Shown: positions 15,200 through 30,113 of the stretch, piece after piece
How positions within the stretch are numbered: position 1 is the stretch's first letter
Layout of the letters: each line of letters opens with the position of its first letter
Source of the DNA: Octopus vulgaris
Taxonomy: Eukaryota
Length of the DNA: 64,000 nt
Reading direction: 5' to 3'
NCBI GenBank assembly: GCA_951406725.2
Contig: OX597814.1
Location: forward strand, 155,558,001 to 155,622,000
Notes under the pieces: generated by a model
Told to the model about the DNA's origin: nothing
Seen by the model: only the letters and a program-made list of their open reading frames with translations
Database searches by the model: none
Made by a program: the position numbers and the translations under genes

Positions 15200-15830
15200 A
15201 TTTAAATTTAATTTGACAAAATATTTTGGTCGCTTTGAGACCGCGACCTGTTCAATGACAAAATTCCATGCAGCATTTTGTTCATCAAAATATACAGCTA
15301 TATCGATGCAATAAATATTGGATAAGACAATCTTTTGTGTATGTGTGTATATATGTATGTGTGTATGTGTATACACACATGCACGCACATACTTCACAGA
15401 TGAGATCCAGAGATTCTCCATAGTGATTCCGATGTCTTTACAGGGGATCATTCCACAAAGTAAGGAAAGGCTATAAGAGCGAATATACAGGCAATTATTA
15501 CATATTTGAACTTCTCTGAATTAACATCTGAAATGTAAGATCTCCTCTACCCTGATAGCAAAGGATTATCTTATCCAATATTTATTGCATTGATATAGAT
15601 GTATATTTTGATGAACAAAATGTGCATGGAATTTTGTCAGTGAACAGGTCGCGGTCACAAAGCGACGAAAATAAATATTTTGACAAATTAAATTTAAATT
15701 TTGAAGTGAATCTAACGGATTTTGTGTGTTTCTTAAATGGCTTATAAATACCTTCCATGCTGTACTTGTTTTTGTTCCAGCACACGATCTCAGATCAGGT
15801 CACTTGCTATGCAATTACATTTCCGTAATA
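15200..15830 (+). mobile_element. PLE-type terminus with inverted partial copy (arms ~15200-15335 and ~15559-15700)
   Basis: About 135 bp inverted repeat. The right arm extends into a longer pLTR-like tail ending acatttccgtaatat. Both arms carry a hammerhead-like motif. Confidence 0.75.
15633..15687 (+). ncRNA. Hammerhead-like motif with swapped G3:C8 core pair
   Basis: Reads tttgtca-GTGAACA-g gtcgc ggtcacaaa gcgac-GAAA-ataaatat-TT-tgacaaa with a 7-bp stem I. A decayed mirror copy lies on the minus strand at 15212-15262. Confidence 0.6.
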
Positions 15831-16489
15831 TCAAATTTCAATTAAAACAAAATAGTTTTTGCGTGCCCCATTTACAAACTCATAATTAATTGGCTTAGGT
15901 GTGAAGCTTACCAATTAAGAATTGAAAACAGGCAATCGCTATATGAAAGCAGATATATAATACTTAGAAATAAGGTAGTTGTACTAAAAATGCAATTGGA
16001 TCAATTTAGAAAATTACAAGAACAAGCAGAATGACTATTCCTTGTTGTACTTGAATTACCGTTGTTTGGATGTAAACGTAGAAAAAATGTCACTGTTTAT
16101 CTTTCCTTAACGGCTTTTATATGACGTAATACTTAATTATGTTTAACAGCATGCCTGATAATTGTTATGCTATTTAATAAAGGAAATTTGTTTCTTCGAT
16201 GAAAGGAAATAATACTTTCCATTGATTTCACTATTTTTATATTCTTCGCAAAATAAAATCTGAAAAATGCTTAATTGCCATAATTACTGATTACTGATTT
16301 TAATTACTGATTAAAATTCTTGTTCAAATATTAATAAGATTCCATCCCTCGTCCGATTATATGATTAAATACATTCTGAATGGAATGGATTTAAAGAATA
16401 ATAATTATGTAGTGGATAATTCCTAAGCTAAATCTTCTCCAACTTTTTTCTCTCTACTTACAATTCCCCACCAGCCCATCCTTCCAACT

Positions 16490-16690
16490 TCATCATCATC
16501 TTCATCATCACCATCGTCGTGGTCGTAGTTGTTGCCATCGTCACCACAACCACCACCACCACCACTACCACCACCACCACCACCACCACCACCACCAACA
16601 GCAACAACAACAACAGCAGCAACAAAAACAACAACAACAGCAGCGGCAGCAGCAGCAACAATAATACCACTACGACAACCGTTGCTGCAG
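16490..16690 (+). repeat. Mixed trinucleotide repeat (CAT/CAC/CAA/CAG)
   Basis: Direct reading of the sequence. Confidence 0.9.
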
Positions 16691-18424
16691 CCAGCCTACA
16701 CCTTTATTTGATATTGGTTTAAGCTAGTGCTTAGTTAAGGCAGAACCAGTGGACAATTAGCTTTTACGGCAACGGTTTGCTTCTGAAGCATTTATCCCTT
16801 AGGTACGAAAACTGCTACTAATCCTGTTTTCAGTTTTATTTTCTCATATTGTATCGTTGACATCAAAGGCAATAATTACGCTTTATTTCAACAAACTTCT
16901 CTGGCATGAAAAGTATTCTATTACAGCGAAATTGAAAAACACAAAGTCTAGACTTTCTTTAGCAGTAATTAAAGGAATGTTACAAATTCCTAATTATTGT
17001 TATTATTGGTTAGCTCCAAATCAGTTCTGAAAAGAAGGACAGAGAACGCCTTTGATTAATCAGAAACGAAGAGAACAGTCTGTCAACAGTTTTTCTGAAA
17101 CTGCATTTTAGACAAAGTTTTCAAACGCATATTTCATAGCAGTTTTTAAGAACCTTTAACTCTTGCTTCACAAAATCATGATATAAACTTGATCCATTAA
17201 GTCTATCTTCTTTAGATCCTTCTTCATTGGTGCCACAAATCCACCGCTCACAGAATTGTTAAAAGTAACAGTGAATTGACAATTACAGATGTATACTTTC
17301 AATTCTTCCAAAACAAGGTTGAATACATCTGATATATTGAACTAAAATCACTGCAATTTTCACTTCATAAAACATTTGTCTTATGTCATTTTAGATTCTG
17401 CTAGTTTCCCAACATTTTAAACTTCATTCAGAGAGCTGCGAATTTTCTCTAATTTTACTCTTTTCTCTGATATTTATTATTTAAAATGATCCTATCAAGT
17501 CTCAATTACTTTATTCTAATGCTTACTACGAGTTTTCGTGCTGGAAACAACTATAATTTCTAATCTGATTCCGTGTAGAAACAAATTTGATATGTGTAGT
17601 GAAATACAAGAAAATGTGGATGGTGTACGCTACCCTTATCATTTAAACTGATAAAAAAATTATCTAAGTAATAACTTGGTGATCCGTTTTGGTTTCTCTG
17701 TGGCCACATTGCTGCATTCGGAATATCTCATCTGAACCTATCGGAACTATCTTGCACAGTTTAAGAAACCTTTTCTTCTCCTGTTCTATCCGCCGTTCAC
17801 ATTAAATGCCAACTTGTGTCTACGCTGTAATTGAAGCTGCCAAATAAGACTAATTGGTGATGCAACAATTTTTGTAAAACCCTGTGGAATTTCTTAAAAG
17901 GATAGACAAATCCATTTCTATAAAATAGCAATAAAAGGACCTTTAAGTATTAGTATGGCATTCTTACACATGATTCTTAATTTTAACCTTCCCTGTTAAC
18001 TATGAGGACTTTTATGCTTGATTTTTTTCTTACATCTAACATGTGAAAACAGTACATCGTTATAATTCAACATTTTTGTTGTTCTATATCCTGAGTTTAT
18101 GATAGAAGATAATTACTCAAAGACCCGTGCAATGCAATTGAATCTGGTATTATATGGAACTTTTTATGTATACCTGTGATTGTATATTACTGGACTGGGT
18201 GTGATAAAAAAAATTAGTACTTTCATTTCTCCTGAGATTTTAATTCTGAACGTAGGAAATTGAAACAAAACTCCGCGAAACCTTTAATGTAGCATTCTCC
18301 TATTTTGAGCTCACTAAAATACAACAGAAGCGATTGCATTATCAAACTAACTGAGCAATATATTTCCGGTAAAAATCTGATTCTACTATCATCATAAGTA
18401 CTAACAAGTTCCTACTACAATTAA

Positions 18425-18468
18425 TGCTGTAGCTGCAGCAGCAGCTGTTGCTGCTGCTGCTGCTGCTG

Positions 18469-18554
<86 letters not shown>

Positions 18555-18700
18555 TCTGCTACTACTATTATTACTACTAGTACTACTGATGATGATGATA
18601 ATAATAATAATAATAATAACAATAATAATAATAATAATAATGATAATAATAATAATAATAATAACTAGGTTATAAAGATTAATAATAATAATAATGATGC
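18425..18700 (+). repeat. Compound (GCT)n(ACT)n(GAT)n(AAT)n microsatellite
   Basis: Direct reading of the sequence. Confidence 0.95.
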
Positions 18701-21635
18701 TGCAACTCAGCCGCTTCTGTTATTGCTACTGTTAGGAAAAGAATAAAGATTTGCATAATACAGCATTCTGAAACATCTCTAAAAGGAAAAATTATTCCCT
18801 TCTTTTGCTGCGTTTAATCATTTACTCTTAGCTAGATGATGAGCTGCAGGTTGTGTATATACCCAGATAAAACGCATTAAGGCATTTAGCAAAAATTTTT
18901 GCTTTCATAAAATAAATACCACAGTAGAATAAACCTGATCCTCCAAAACTTGTTACTTAGTATCACAGCAAGAAAGGAATACTGCTGGAAATATCAACCG
19001 AATAATCACCATAATAAGCTCCAACATCTTGAAAAAATAAGAGAGAATAGATTGTAATCTGGATAAGCAATGCTTGAAACAATGGCATGATCAAATCTGA
19101 AATGATTTTTGATTTTGATTGCAAGGCTTACTTGTGGCTCAACAGCAGCAGAAAATTTTACATATTCATTTTCTATAAGTATATTTGAATCCATCTACTC
19201 TGACTATGGTATAGTTTCTAAAAATTCTGATTAAAAAAAACAACAAAAACATCTGTTAAATCATGAAATCAATCAAGTTTTGGTTATCGATTTACGTTAC
19301 AAATTTAGTGTTTACGAACTTATTTGCATATTTATATGAAGATTGATGTGCCATGTGTTAGATATAAATCTCTCCAGCACCCTTTTCTAACATTTTCCCT
19401 ACTAACCTTTCCATAAGATATACGTTTATGTGTGATTCCATCAAAGTAAAATAAAATAAAATAAAAAGGCAGCAAAGATTGTTAATCAGATTGTCTCTTC
19501 GTGAAATAATTTTTTTCCTTTCATTACATCCACTAAACAAATTTCTACATCCTCTGCAAACATTTACTGTTTATTTATTCATGTAATTTCTAGTGTAACC
19601 CTCTATTTCGGTTTAAACTCTTGATTTACAACTATAATCAAAGATATTTTAGCTGTGCCAGACCTTTGACTTTTACAGGCATTGGGCTGTATTGTATGAG
19701 ACATTGTAGATAGAAAAGGTGAATCTGAAGAATATGTGCTTGCATTTCTAGCAAGTTGTGTGACTCTCTAGAGGAGCTCCAATATTTTTGCATGTTTTAA
19801 TTTGAGGATCATACTATGTAATTTTAATGATGGTTAGTCTCTATTCTGTTGAATCGTTGAGACACCGCAGAGGATTTCATCTTCATATCAAGTGAGTTAA
19901 TTAAATCGATTTGAAAGATATCACTTTCAGTGAGCACTCCCTGTAATATTATAAATCAAAAGTGCAAGATAACATTTTCCATGACTTGAACTAATTGCGA
20001 TATAAATCTTTACATAAAAACAACCCCTTCATTTAAGATAGGTGTTTTCTGAAATATTTTAAACGTATGTTTATTCTCAAAAGGTATCCTAGTTGACAGG
20101 ACAAATCGACTATTCAAAAATCGATATCAAGCCTCGGGTCTCCTACTATTTTAGTTGTTGCTGTCTAGCCATTGGTCAGCTCTGACAGAAGGGATATCTG
20201 GTCAAAGCTATTCCAAACGTGACCAAGGCCTTCTTAAAAGGATTTAAGGTTCCCGAGAAAAGGAATATGGCGGGCCTATATTGCTTATATACTGACATCA
20301 AGAGACAAAATAAATAGATTTGCACTGACCCCTTGATATTTGGACCATCCTCGGGCAACTGCCTGGTGCATCCATTTTGTAAGTCAATACTGACCTCTCA
20401 GTCCAAGTGAAAAGCTGTCACTCCCAAAATCTCATCATCCAATGTTTCCTTTTCAAAACGATAGCATGTAATTTGAGAGGGTCATCTAGCTTTTATTTTT
20501 AGTAAACTTAGTGTCCAAGAAAATTCTCTGGAATTTAATAAGGTAGATAAATGTGTTTTTGTGACACCATCCCTCAATCAACACACACAATGTTAAAACG
20601 CAGTGGACATTCAGTTAAGCATACTTAACATACCAAAGAGCCACGACAAGAAAGGATCACAATTACACACCGACGAGCACTGCATTTATATTCTAACGGA
20701 TCAATGAACATGCACCGCCATAAAACATTATCAATACATATCAAACACAACGCCAGCACACTTTAAAAATAGCCATACTAAGTACAAATCGTAAATTTAC
20801 AATCAAAATGCATTCCCTGCAACAACTCAACACATATTTTCAACAACCATTAAACAACAGGAACACAACCGGTTCGTTGCAGTTGTAATTGAACGTATGT
20901 AGAAGACACAATATTTCCATATATCTTTGCTAACCACTTGAAAAAAAGTAAAAACATCGTCAAAGAACATACCTTGAACCATTCGCATTGAATTCTGCTT
21001 GTTGTATATATGTTTGTATGTATGTGTGCGTGCGTACGTGTGTGTGTGCGTGCGTGCATGTGTGTGTTTTGCATTTCTCATTACAGGAATTGTTCCATAA
21101 AAAACATATATATAGTGTGCACATTGTCAAAAAAAAAAAAGGCACATAGTCATAGGAACCTGTGTCATTTCTTGTAGAATGGCATAATCAAAGTATACTT
21201 ATGTTCCTATACATATGTACTAAAAGGCATTCGTTGATATAAATATTTGGAATCTCGCTCATATTCACAAAACAATATACAGTTTCGCACACGTAACTGC
21301 TGTTACAATATGAATTGTGCGCACACATTTTCCTTTTCTCTAACTTCACTTTGCACACATATAGATATATCATAGACAAAACACACACACATTTACGCGC
21401 ACACACATACACACACACGCACACACACACAGGCACATGTTTATACACATAATTTCAAGTGTCTGTACATGTTTTGCAAAGAAAGTGAAACCAGTTACGA
21501 ATCCTTTATGACAGCCTAAGTTTTCTGTTATCTTTTTATGTTTCAAAATAGGTTTTCATTTAATTTAAGGAGCCAAAAAATGTATTGGAAGTATAAAATG
21601 TTTTTAGAATAAATGTTTCTCTTCCTTTCATCTTC

Positions 21636-21691
<56 letters not shown>

Positions 21692-21732
21692 TCATTTTTT
21701 TCTTTCTTTCGAGACACTTCGACTTTACCTTA

Positions 21733-21845
21733 AGGCGGCAAGCTGGCTGAATCGTTAGCAAGCCGTTTAAAATGTTTAGCGACATTTCGCCCGTCTGAAA
21801 GTTCTGAGCTTCAATACCGCCGTGGTCGACTTTGCCTTTCATCAG
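21733..21845 (+). mobile_element. SINE family B 5' half
   Basis: aggcggcaagctggctgaatcgttagc...gtcgactttgcctttcatc matches the head of the 37350-37582 copy. Confidence 0.8.
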
Positions 21846-22195
21846 GAGGGACTTCCTCAAACAAAGCCAGCCTGACAATAAATATTCCAAAAATGAGGAA
21901 TTCTCAACGACACTCCCGACTATTCCTGTGTTATTTACCCTTTCTGATGCTTGTAAATTGCCATTTTCTGTATTTCTATGGAAAAATAAACACTAATAAT
22001 AATAGCAACATATAAAGCTCATTTAGTTAGTGAGTTAGCACACACAAATTCAAACACACACATGTATGTATAAATGTGTGTGCATGTATAGCTATGTGAG
22101 TATATGTACATATATATGCGTGTGTGTGAGCGTGTATGTGTGCGTATACATACAAATCTATCGATATATCTACATACATATACATGCATATATGC

Positions 22196-22235
<40 letters not shown>

Positions 22236-22270
22236 GTTTATGTATATATTTATATACATATGTATGTATG

Positions 22271-22320
<50 letters not shown>

Positions 22321-22621
22321 TATATAAACACACCTACATACATATATATACACATACGTATGTGCATACATACAGATGTACTCTCACATACGCACACCTA
22401 TGCACATGATGTCAGGTACAATGTTTTGTTAAAACACATGTGTACACTGGTTTGTAGGCGAATACTAATGAACAGAGATGTGTACAAATATTACATGTAC
22501 GAAAGTAAATATGTGCTCACATTAATACGCCTCCGCTTGTCAACAAATTTCAGAATTATTCACAGTATACCTAACCACATGAACGAAATGACTCCTGTGT
22601 CTTTGACACACACACACACAG

Positions 22622-22654
<33 letters not shown>

Positions 22655-23605
22655 GACACACACACACACACGCACACATACACATGTAGTTTTATGCGTG
22701 CATGTGTCTATATCTATACATATATTTATATATGTGTGTGTATGTGTGTGTGTGCTTGTTGCGCGCGTGAGTAGATGCGTGTCGGTGTGTGGGTGTTTGT
22801 GTGTCTAAATACAAATATTATTGTTGATTTCTCCGTCGCCAATAATTGAAAGCCAAGCGACGTGTTAATACAATTATTACTGTCAATTGAACGGTTGGAG
22901 TGTTTAGATAAACACAGTCTCTCCAAACCAGGCTTGAATAAGGAAATACAGCGCAATGGAAGAAATAATTCGTTTCTTGCTACGTAAAAATACTAGTTGG
23001 ATGGTGGTAGATATCCAATTGTGCTGTTTATGCATTAATCGAAATGTTAGAAACAAGGAATTCATTTCAAGAACGTGTGAATAGAAAATGGTTCGTGGAT
23101 TCTCGCTAGATTTCGGGCTCACCAGTGATAGATGGCTAATTAGGTATTTCATTTGACTGTATTTTATTACACACGTACAGCCTAGAAAACTACACAAGAT
23201 TTTGAATTACACAATGAGTAAAGTAATTCTAGACATACTTATTGAGCAAATCATTGACAAAAAAGATATGAGATCAAAAATTCATGGTAGAATTTTTAAA
23301 ACGAAATATCGAAGATATTAATTTGAGCTAGTTTAGATTAATTCCTGCTGGGCTACGCAAGAGAATAAGAGTGAGTAGGAAAGTAAGAAAGAAAAAATGA
23401 AACTGAGATGGGAAAAGCAAGAAATATAGAAAGACAGATATATACATACATACATACATACATACATACATACATACATACATACATACATACATACATA
23501 CATACATACATACATACATGCATGCATATACATACACACATTCACACACACACATACATACACACACACACACATATATATATATAAAGATAGATAGATA
23601 AATAA

Positions 23606-23682
<77 letters not shown>

Positions 23683-24153
23683 CAGATGGAGAAAGAGAAA
23701 GTGTGAGTGTGTGGGCGGGAGGGAAAAAATTCTAAAACGTTGAATGCGTTGGTCGATGTGATTGATGAGTTTAGTACTGGGTTTAGTAGTCTGATACTGT
23801 TGAGATAACAGGGTGACTCTAATGCTGCATACCTTGTTTCATCACAAGAAGATAAGAACATAAACAGATTATAGAAATGATAAAAAGACGTAGATGAAGT
23901 GAAAAGGTAATCTAGATGCTCCAGTGTACTAGCAAACAAAAGTATATTAATCATTCTTTATCTGCTTTGATAATCAACATAAGGATCTTCAAAGGAGCTG
24001 AGTAAACATTAAAGTTCTTACGACTGCTTTGTTGCTAGAGCATACTGATATTCATCAATGTTGTTTAAAAGTACAAAAGCAAAGGCAATGATCAGCTTCG
24101 TTTTCAGCGTGATATCTCAATCAGTGTTGTACTTAAAAGGGAAATTTATACGC

Positions 24154-24781
24154 ATTTCTTTATTGCCCACAAGAGGCTAAACATAGAGGGGAGAAGCAAG
24201 GACAGACAAGCGGATTAAGTTGATTACATTGACACCAGTGCGCAACTGGTACGTAATTTATCGACCCCGGAACGATGAAAGGCAAAGTCGTCCTCGGTGT
24301 AATTTGAGCTCAGAACGTAACGGCAGACGAAATACCGCCAAGCATTCCGCCCGGCGTGCTAACGTTTCTTATTTATTTATTGCCCACAAGGGGCTAAACA
24401 TAGAAGGGACAAACAAGGACAAAGGGATTAAGTCGATTACATCGGCCCCAGTCCGTAACTGGTACTTAATTTATCGACCCCGAAAAGATGAAAGGCAAAG
24501 TCGACCTCGGCGGACTTTGAACTCAGAACGCAACGCCAGACGAAATACCTATTTCTTTACTACCAACAAGGGGCTAAATACAGAGGGGACAAACAAGGAC
24601 AGACAAAGGGATTAAGTCGATTACATCGACCCCAGTGCGTAACTGGTACTTAATTTATCGACCCCGAAAGGATGAAAGGCAAAGTCGACCTCGGCGGAAT
24701 TTGAACTCAGAACGTAGTGGCAGACGAAATACCGCAAAGCATTTCGCCCGGCGTGCTAACGTTTCTGCCAGCTCGCCGCCT
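24154..24781 (-). mobile_element. Tandem or nested trimer of SINE family B
   Basis: Three head-to-tail copies (24154-24369, 24370-24549, 24550-24781). Only the last has the complete head. The block is flanked by a diverged ~17 bp direct repeat (ttaaaagggaaatttat / ttaaaagtgaaacttat). Confidence 0.9.
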
Positions 24782-26809
24782 TTAAAAGTGAAACTTATTC
24801 TTGACAGATGTTTTTGCATAAATTAACTAAAGCTCCCACGAAAGAATGATTCCTTTATAGAACTGTTTGCAGCTTGCTCAAAGCAACGAATAATTCGACA
24901 TTTTCTTACAACACTCCGAATATTCCCACATTGGTAGTACATGTCTCTTGGGTAATAGAGAATACAGTATATAGTGAAATCGTTCACTTTCCTTTCGTTG
25001 TTATAATACAGATCTGAGAAAAGAGGCTGAGAGCAATACTGCAGGTGACAAATACAAGTCTCCTGTTAGATGCTACTAAATGTTGAAGCCAGCTCGCACT
25101 TCTGAAGATCAATATCCTATCGAAGATTTGTCCGCTATCACACGGTAAAAAAATGTTTTATATACACCTGATTGAGGGATTACATGTAGTGTTCTTTCAA
25201 AATGTGTTGTCGTAGATTAGTTCTAGGCAAGAGCATTGTCGTCTAAATGAAGCTTATTACGTATCATTTTCTCCAAGTAAACATCAAAAGTTTCGAGTAT
25301 ATGTGATTTTGCATAGATGAAACATTCACTTATAAGTACAGTCTGGGACTCGAGAGTCTACACTGTAATCTTTGTTTTTTATTTTGAAATTTGTTATTTC
25401 TAATTGCCGAGCAAAAGCTTCAGGGAAATGACTCTTTAACCTTCTTATCACCATTCTAGATTTAGTGTACAATTTTGTTTTGTATTGACTTATTTTCTTC
25501 ACAATTCCAAAATTTCAATTCAGAATCAACTTACTTGTTTTATCAAATATTTCCAATATATTTTATATGCAAATATTCCTTTTACATGTTTCGTCAAAAC
25601 ATCATTAGTCAACATATACATGAAAGTATACAGGATGTGAGTAAATTCTATACGTTTAGCAGTTGAGTAGTTTAGCAGTTAAGTAGTTTGATATTAGTGA
25701 GGAGTACAAATTATGTAGAATAAAATTGAAAAAAAAAAAAAAATTATCGCTCCAAAACAACCGATGACAAATTAGTTTTGTGCTGAATCAGTGACGCTAA
25801 TAAGGCAACAGCAGATCAGCTATGCTGAAATATCTCTAATCCGCATCTTGGAGAATCAAGTGTCATGAAAATTAGATTATTATTTCTGATTAAATTCACC
25901 TTGAAATCGTTGTATACGAAAATATGTTTTTTTCCATTAAGTACAAAACATCCATACATCTTTAGAGATGGGAGATATTATATTCCGACTTTCATTCAAT
26001 TTCCAAGGTCATTTATTATGAAGAGAAGAAAAAAAACGCTTCAAACGGGACTAAAACCGGATCGCAAACTAAACACAGGGAAGAGGCATGAAATCTGGCT
26101 CTTAACAATGTTTATAGCATTAAGGAAATTACAAGTAATGAGAAAAGTATTTGTAGAAATAGGTTGTAGTCTGGAAAGTAAGCATAAGAAGCTAAAGTAA
26201 ATAGAATCGAAATTTTATATAACCTTTGTTCAGTTTAGATTCAATTTACGTAAATTTATCAGCCAATTGGCATGAAAGGCAAACAGAAAAAGGACCAATT
26301 CAAAATTGCGTGTGTTAGGCAGTGAATAGAGTAAACTACCTTACAAATGATTAAAGCAAATGCGTGTATATGCATACGTATGTGCGTATGTATACATGTA
26401 TATACTAGAATACGTGTGCACATATATAAATTAGTGCATGTATGGTGTGTGTGTGCGTGCACATGCATGCATATGGATATGTGCATGTTTATACACATAT
26501 TACTGTATATATATATATATACATATATATGTACATATACATAGACACACATATATATATATAAACATATATACATATACATATATATATACTCATGTAC
26601 ATATATATACACACATATACATATACATATATATATATATGCATATATATATATATATATATATGTACATATATATGTATATACATATATGTATATAAAT
26701 ATGCATATACTTATATGTACATATATATGTATATATGTACACACATATATATATATATATATATATACATATATGTATGTACTTATATGTATATACATGT
26801 ATATGTATG

Positions 26810-26875
<66 letters not shown>

Positions 26876-27124
26876 ATATATATACATATATACGCTCACA
26901 TACATAGACACACACATATATATAGATACAAACAGATACAAACATACTTACGTACACGTATGCTTAGGTAGACAATCGTGTTTATACATAAGCATTCAAG
27001 CTGTATAATAAAAATACAAATAAATAATCAAACACATACATAATTCTGAATTTGAAAGTCTTTTCGCCCCGAAACTCAATTTCTTCTAAACAAATACAAA
27101 TAAACACAGCTATACACACATACG

Positions 27125-27168
<44 letters not shown>

Positions 27169-27844
27169 CTTACATATATATGTATATACATATAAGTACA
27201 TACATATATGTATATACATATATATATATGTGTGTGTGTGTGTGTACATATATACATATAATTATATCAATGTAGAATTAATGCACATGCCTCAACAAAC
27301 GACTAGGCACGAGATAATATAATTCAATAATTGAGTTTTCTGACCGCACCATATTTTATCTACTATTCAGAGAAAATGGAGTCAGTACAGTAAAATTGTG
27401 TCTGGACGGTAAATACGTACGTTAAACATGGTAAATACCAATTAAATTTTACATTGAAAATTATATTTTAAATCGGAAACTTATATCTCAGTCAACGAAA
27501 GGGAGAAGTCAATATTTGTTAAGCTTTCAGTAGCGTATTAGGATTTTCTATTCGATTCGTCTACATACTGAAAGAATTTATCTCATGGGATGTGGTATCT
27601 TAGATGTTGTAAACGTTGAATATGATATGAATATGTTCGTGGTTGTTCCGGTGTATTTTCTGGATAGCAGAAGCTGTTTTATGTCAAAATATATATTCCT
27701 CATATTCTTCACCCTCCAGGGTTAAAAGAGATAATTTCGCAGGCATATCCCCGACTCTACCATGATGTTTTTACCATTTAAATACTTGATTCTTTTGAGT
27801 CTTGAAAATTTATATATAAGTGTTGAATATTGTTCACCCAATTC

Positions 27845-28120
27845 TTTTTAGGGGCCCGCAGCTTTTTAATATTCTCCCAAAGAGCCTTGAGGAACCTGAA
27901 CAAAGTAGATGTAGGCGTTTTTAAATCAAAGCTAGACCTCCTCCTGTCGAGTGTCCCAGATGAACCTACCTCATGGCAAGAGGTGCAAATGAGGGTAGCT
28001 ACATCAAACTCCATTCTTCACCAAATGCCACATAATTAGAGGAGGCTCTCAGTAATAACAGTGTAGCAAAACGGCGGTGTATCAGCATGGCCGCAGCTCT
28101 GAGCTGAAACTAGAGAGAGA
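27845..28120 (+). mobile_element. CR1/L2-group LINE 3' end (ORF2 C-terminus and 3' tail)
   Basis: Translation RNLNKVDVGVFKSKLDLLLSSVPDEPT...SNSILHQM (FKxxLD..PDEP motif), followed by ggcggtgtatcagcatggccgcagctctgagctgaaac and (AG)n. Confidence 0.8.
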
Positions 28121-28834
28121 AAAAATGATATTGCGAATTCTCTGTGAAATGTATACAAGTATAGCAGTCTTTAATGATGGCGAGAGATTAATTACTTTCC
28201 TCTTCGGAAAATCACTTTTAAATTTCAATATCATCGAGTGCACGCTCGTTTTGAAATCTATTTTTATATTTCTTTCTAGGCATTTTTGGAATCTGACTAA
28301 AAAGAAAAAAAGATGACGACAAAAAATATCTCATGCATAAAGCATGAGCTAATCATCCAAAAGCATACATGATAAATTGGGGGAAATATTTCAGAAATCA
28401 GTCTGTGGAAGTTGTAATTATTTCTCATTTCCTCTGTAAAATATTTATCAGACATGAAAATCACTCTAACTGTTTCCCTTTCCTTTGCATTCAATCATTG
28501 TTGAACAACATTAATTATGGATAATGAAGTAAATAAAATGTTTGGCACCTGTTATGACAACAACCACTCATATAATTTATTTGTTAGTTAAATTATACCT
28601 AAAACATACCTGCTCAGCTCACTCGGCTTTATGAAACTATAAATAAAGTGTTTGATTACCAACATGTCTTAGTGTTTTAGTGGGTTTCGGGATCTAATAA
28701 GGAAAATTACGCCTGAGAAATTTTTATCCATAAGGTTATTGATTATTTCGGATGCTATATTGGTCTTCTTTATAGAGAATACTGTTTTATGATTATTACA
28801 AGGTGATTGACAATGTAGTATAGCTTCTTTAACT

Positions 28835-29003
28835 ATTTCTTTACTACCCACAAGGGGCTAAACACAGAGGGGACAAATAAGGACAAACACACAAATCAAG
28901 TCGATTACATCGTTCCCAGTGCGTAACTGGTACTTAATTTATCGACCCCCGAAATGATGAAAGGCATAGTCGACTTCGGCGGGATTTGAACTCAGAACGT
29001 AAC
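28835..29003 (-). mobile_element. 5'-truncated SINE family B with 12-bp target-site duplication
   Basis: Core and tail match SINE B. The sequence tagcttctttaa flanks both sides (28821-28832 and 29004-29015). Confidence 0.9.
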
Positions 29004-30042
29004 TAGCTTCTTTAATTAATGTTGATGATGACTCAAAAACACACAACTATTTACCCTATTATTCGTTACTTATACTGTACTATGTTATCTCTGTTTGATC
29101 AGAGAAATTACATATTATCCATAGGGAATTATGTAACTGGTTGAATCGATTTAATATATGACTGTTTGTGAATGTATAAACTGCGAGTAGATCGAATCTA
29201 ACGGTTGACAATAAAAACACAGGAAGTAAGAACTGCATTTATTATTATTTTTCCATTTTCATTCTACGCTGACATTCTTATAAAAATTCTGTATTATTAT
29301 TAGTCTCATCCAGATTTCCGTCGCAAATTTGAGCAAACACACGCACACATACACATACACACACACGCACACATACACGCTCACACGCACGCATACACAC
29401 ACACAGAGAAACGCACGCATAAGCTTACGATAATTCTTTTAATATAACAGAAATTGACGGTCAACTATCTTGTTTGAGCTTACATGTTTACTGGTCCAGA
29501 AAACTAGAAGATCCCCCATTTGTTTATCGTAATTTTGAAAAATGAAAGACGTATAAAATAATTCGCATTATTTATGGGATGACCAAATATATTTTTGACT
29601 ATGTATACAAGTATACAATATATATTTCCTTATTCAAGATAATACGTTAGAAATTTAGTTCAATTAATAGGAAGTAGTATTTTGAATCGGTATTCTGTAG
29701 ATGAATGAACGTGTCTTGTAAAACAACCACACATATCTAGGATAGATTTTTAAACCAGATCCTACGTAGTACACGTTTCCTTTTGTAAGGTCAAGTATTT
29801 ACGATAAAGCGACTAATAAAGAAATAGACTACCAAAGAAATCACTCGAATATTCTAATATCTACTACCGTTATTTTCGTCAGGTGCTTCTCTCAAAAGTT
29901 AAAAGATATGATACAGAAGTGAAACATAATCGTTAATACCTATCCCTGCTTCTCTTTATACAGACACACAAAACTCACAAACAGATAAGACAGAAATTTG
30001 AAAAGTGAATAAAAGCAGAGAGAAAGAGAGAGAGAAAGAGAG

Positions 30043-30113
<71 letters not shown>

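Noticed and set aside
18830-19110. Possible minus-strand exon after tttcag (MPLFQALLIQITIYSLLFFQDVGAYYGDYSVDISSSIPFLL)
   Set aside because: It is hydrophobic and follows an acceptor-like site, but it hits in-frame stops, has no clear donor and resembles no family I recognise. It may be the antisense of a decayed LINE.
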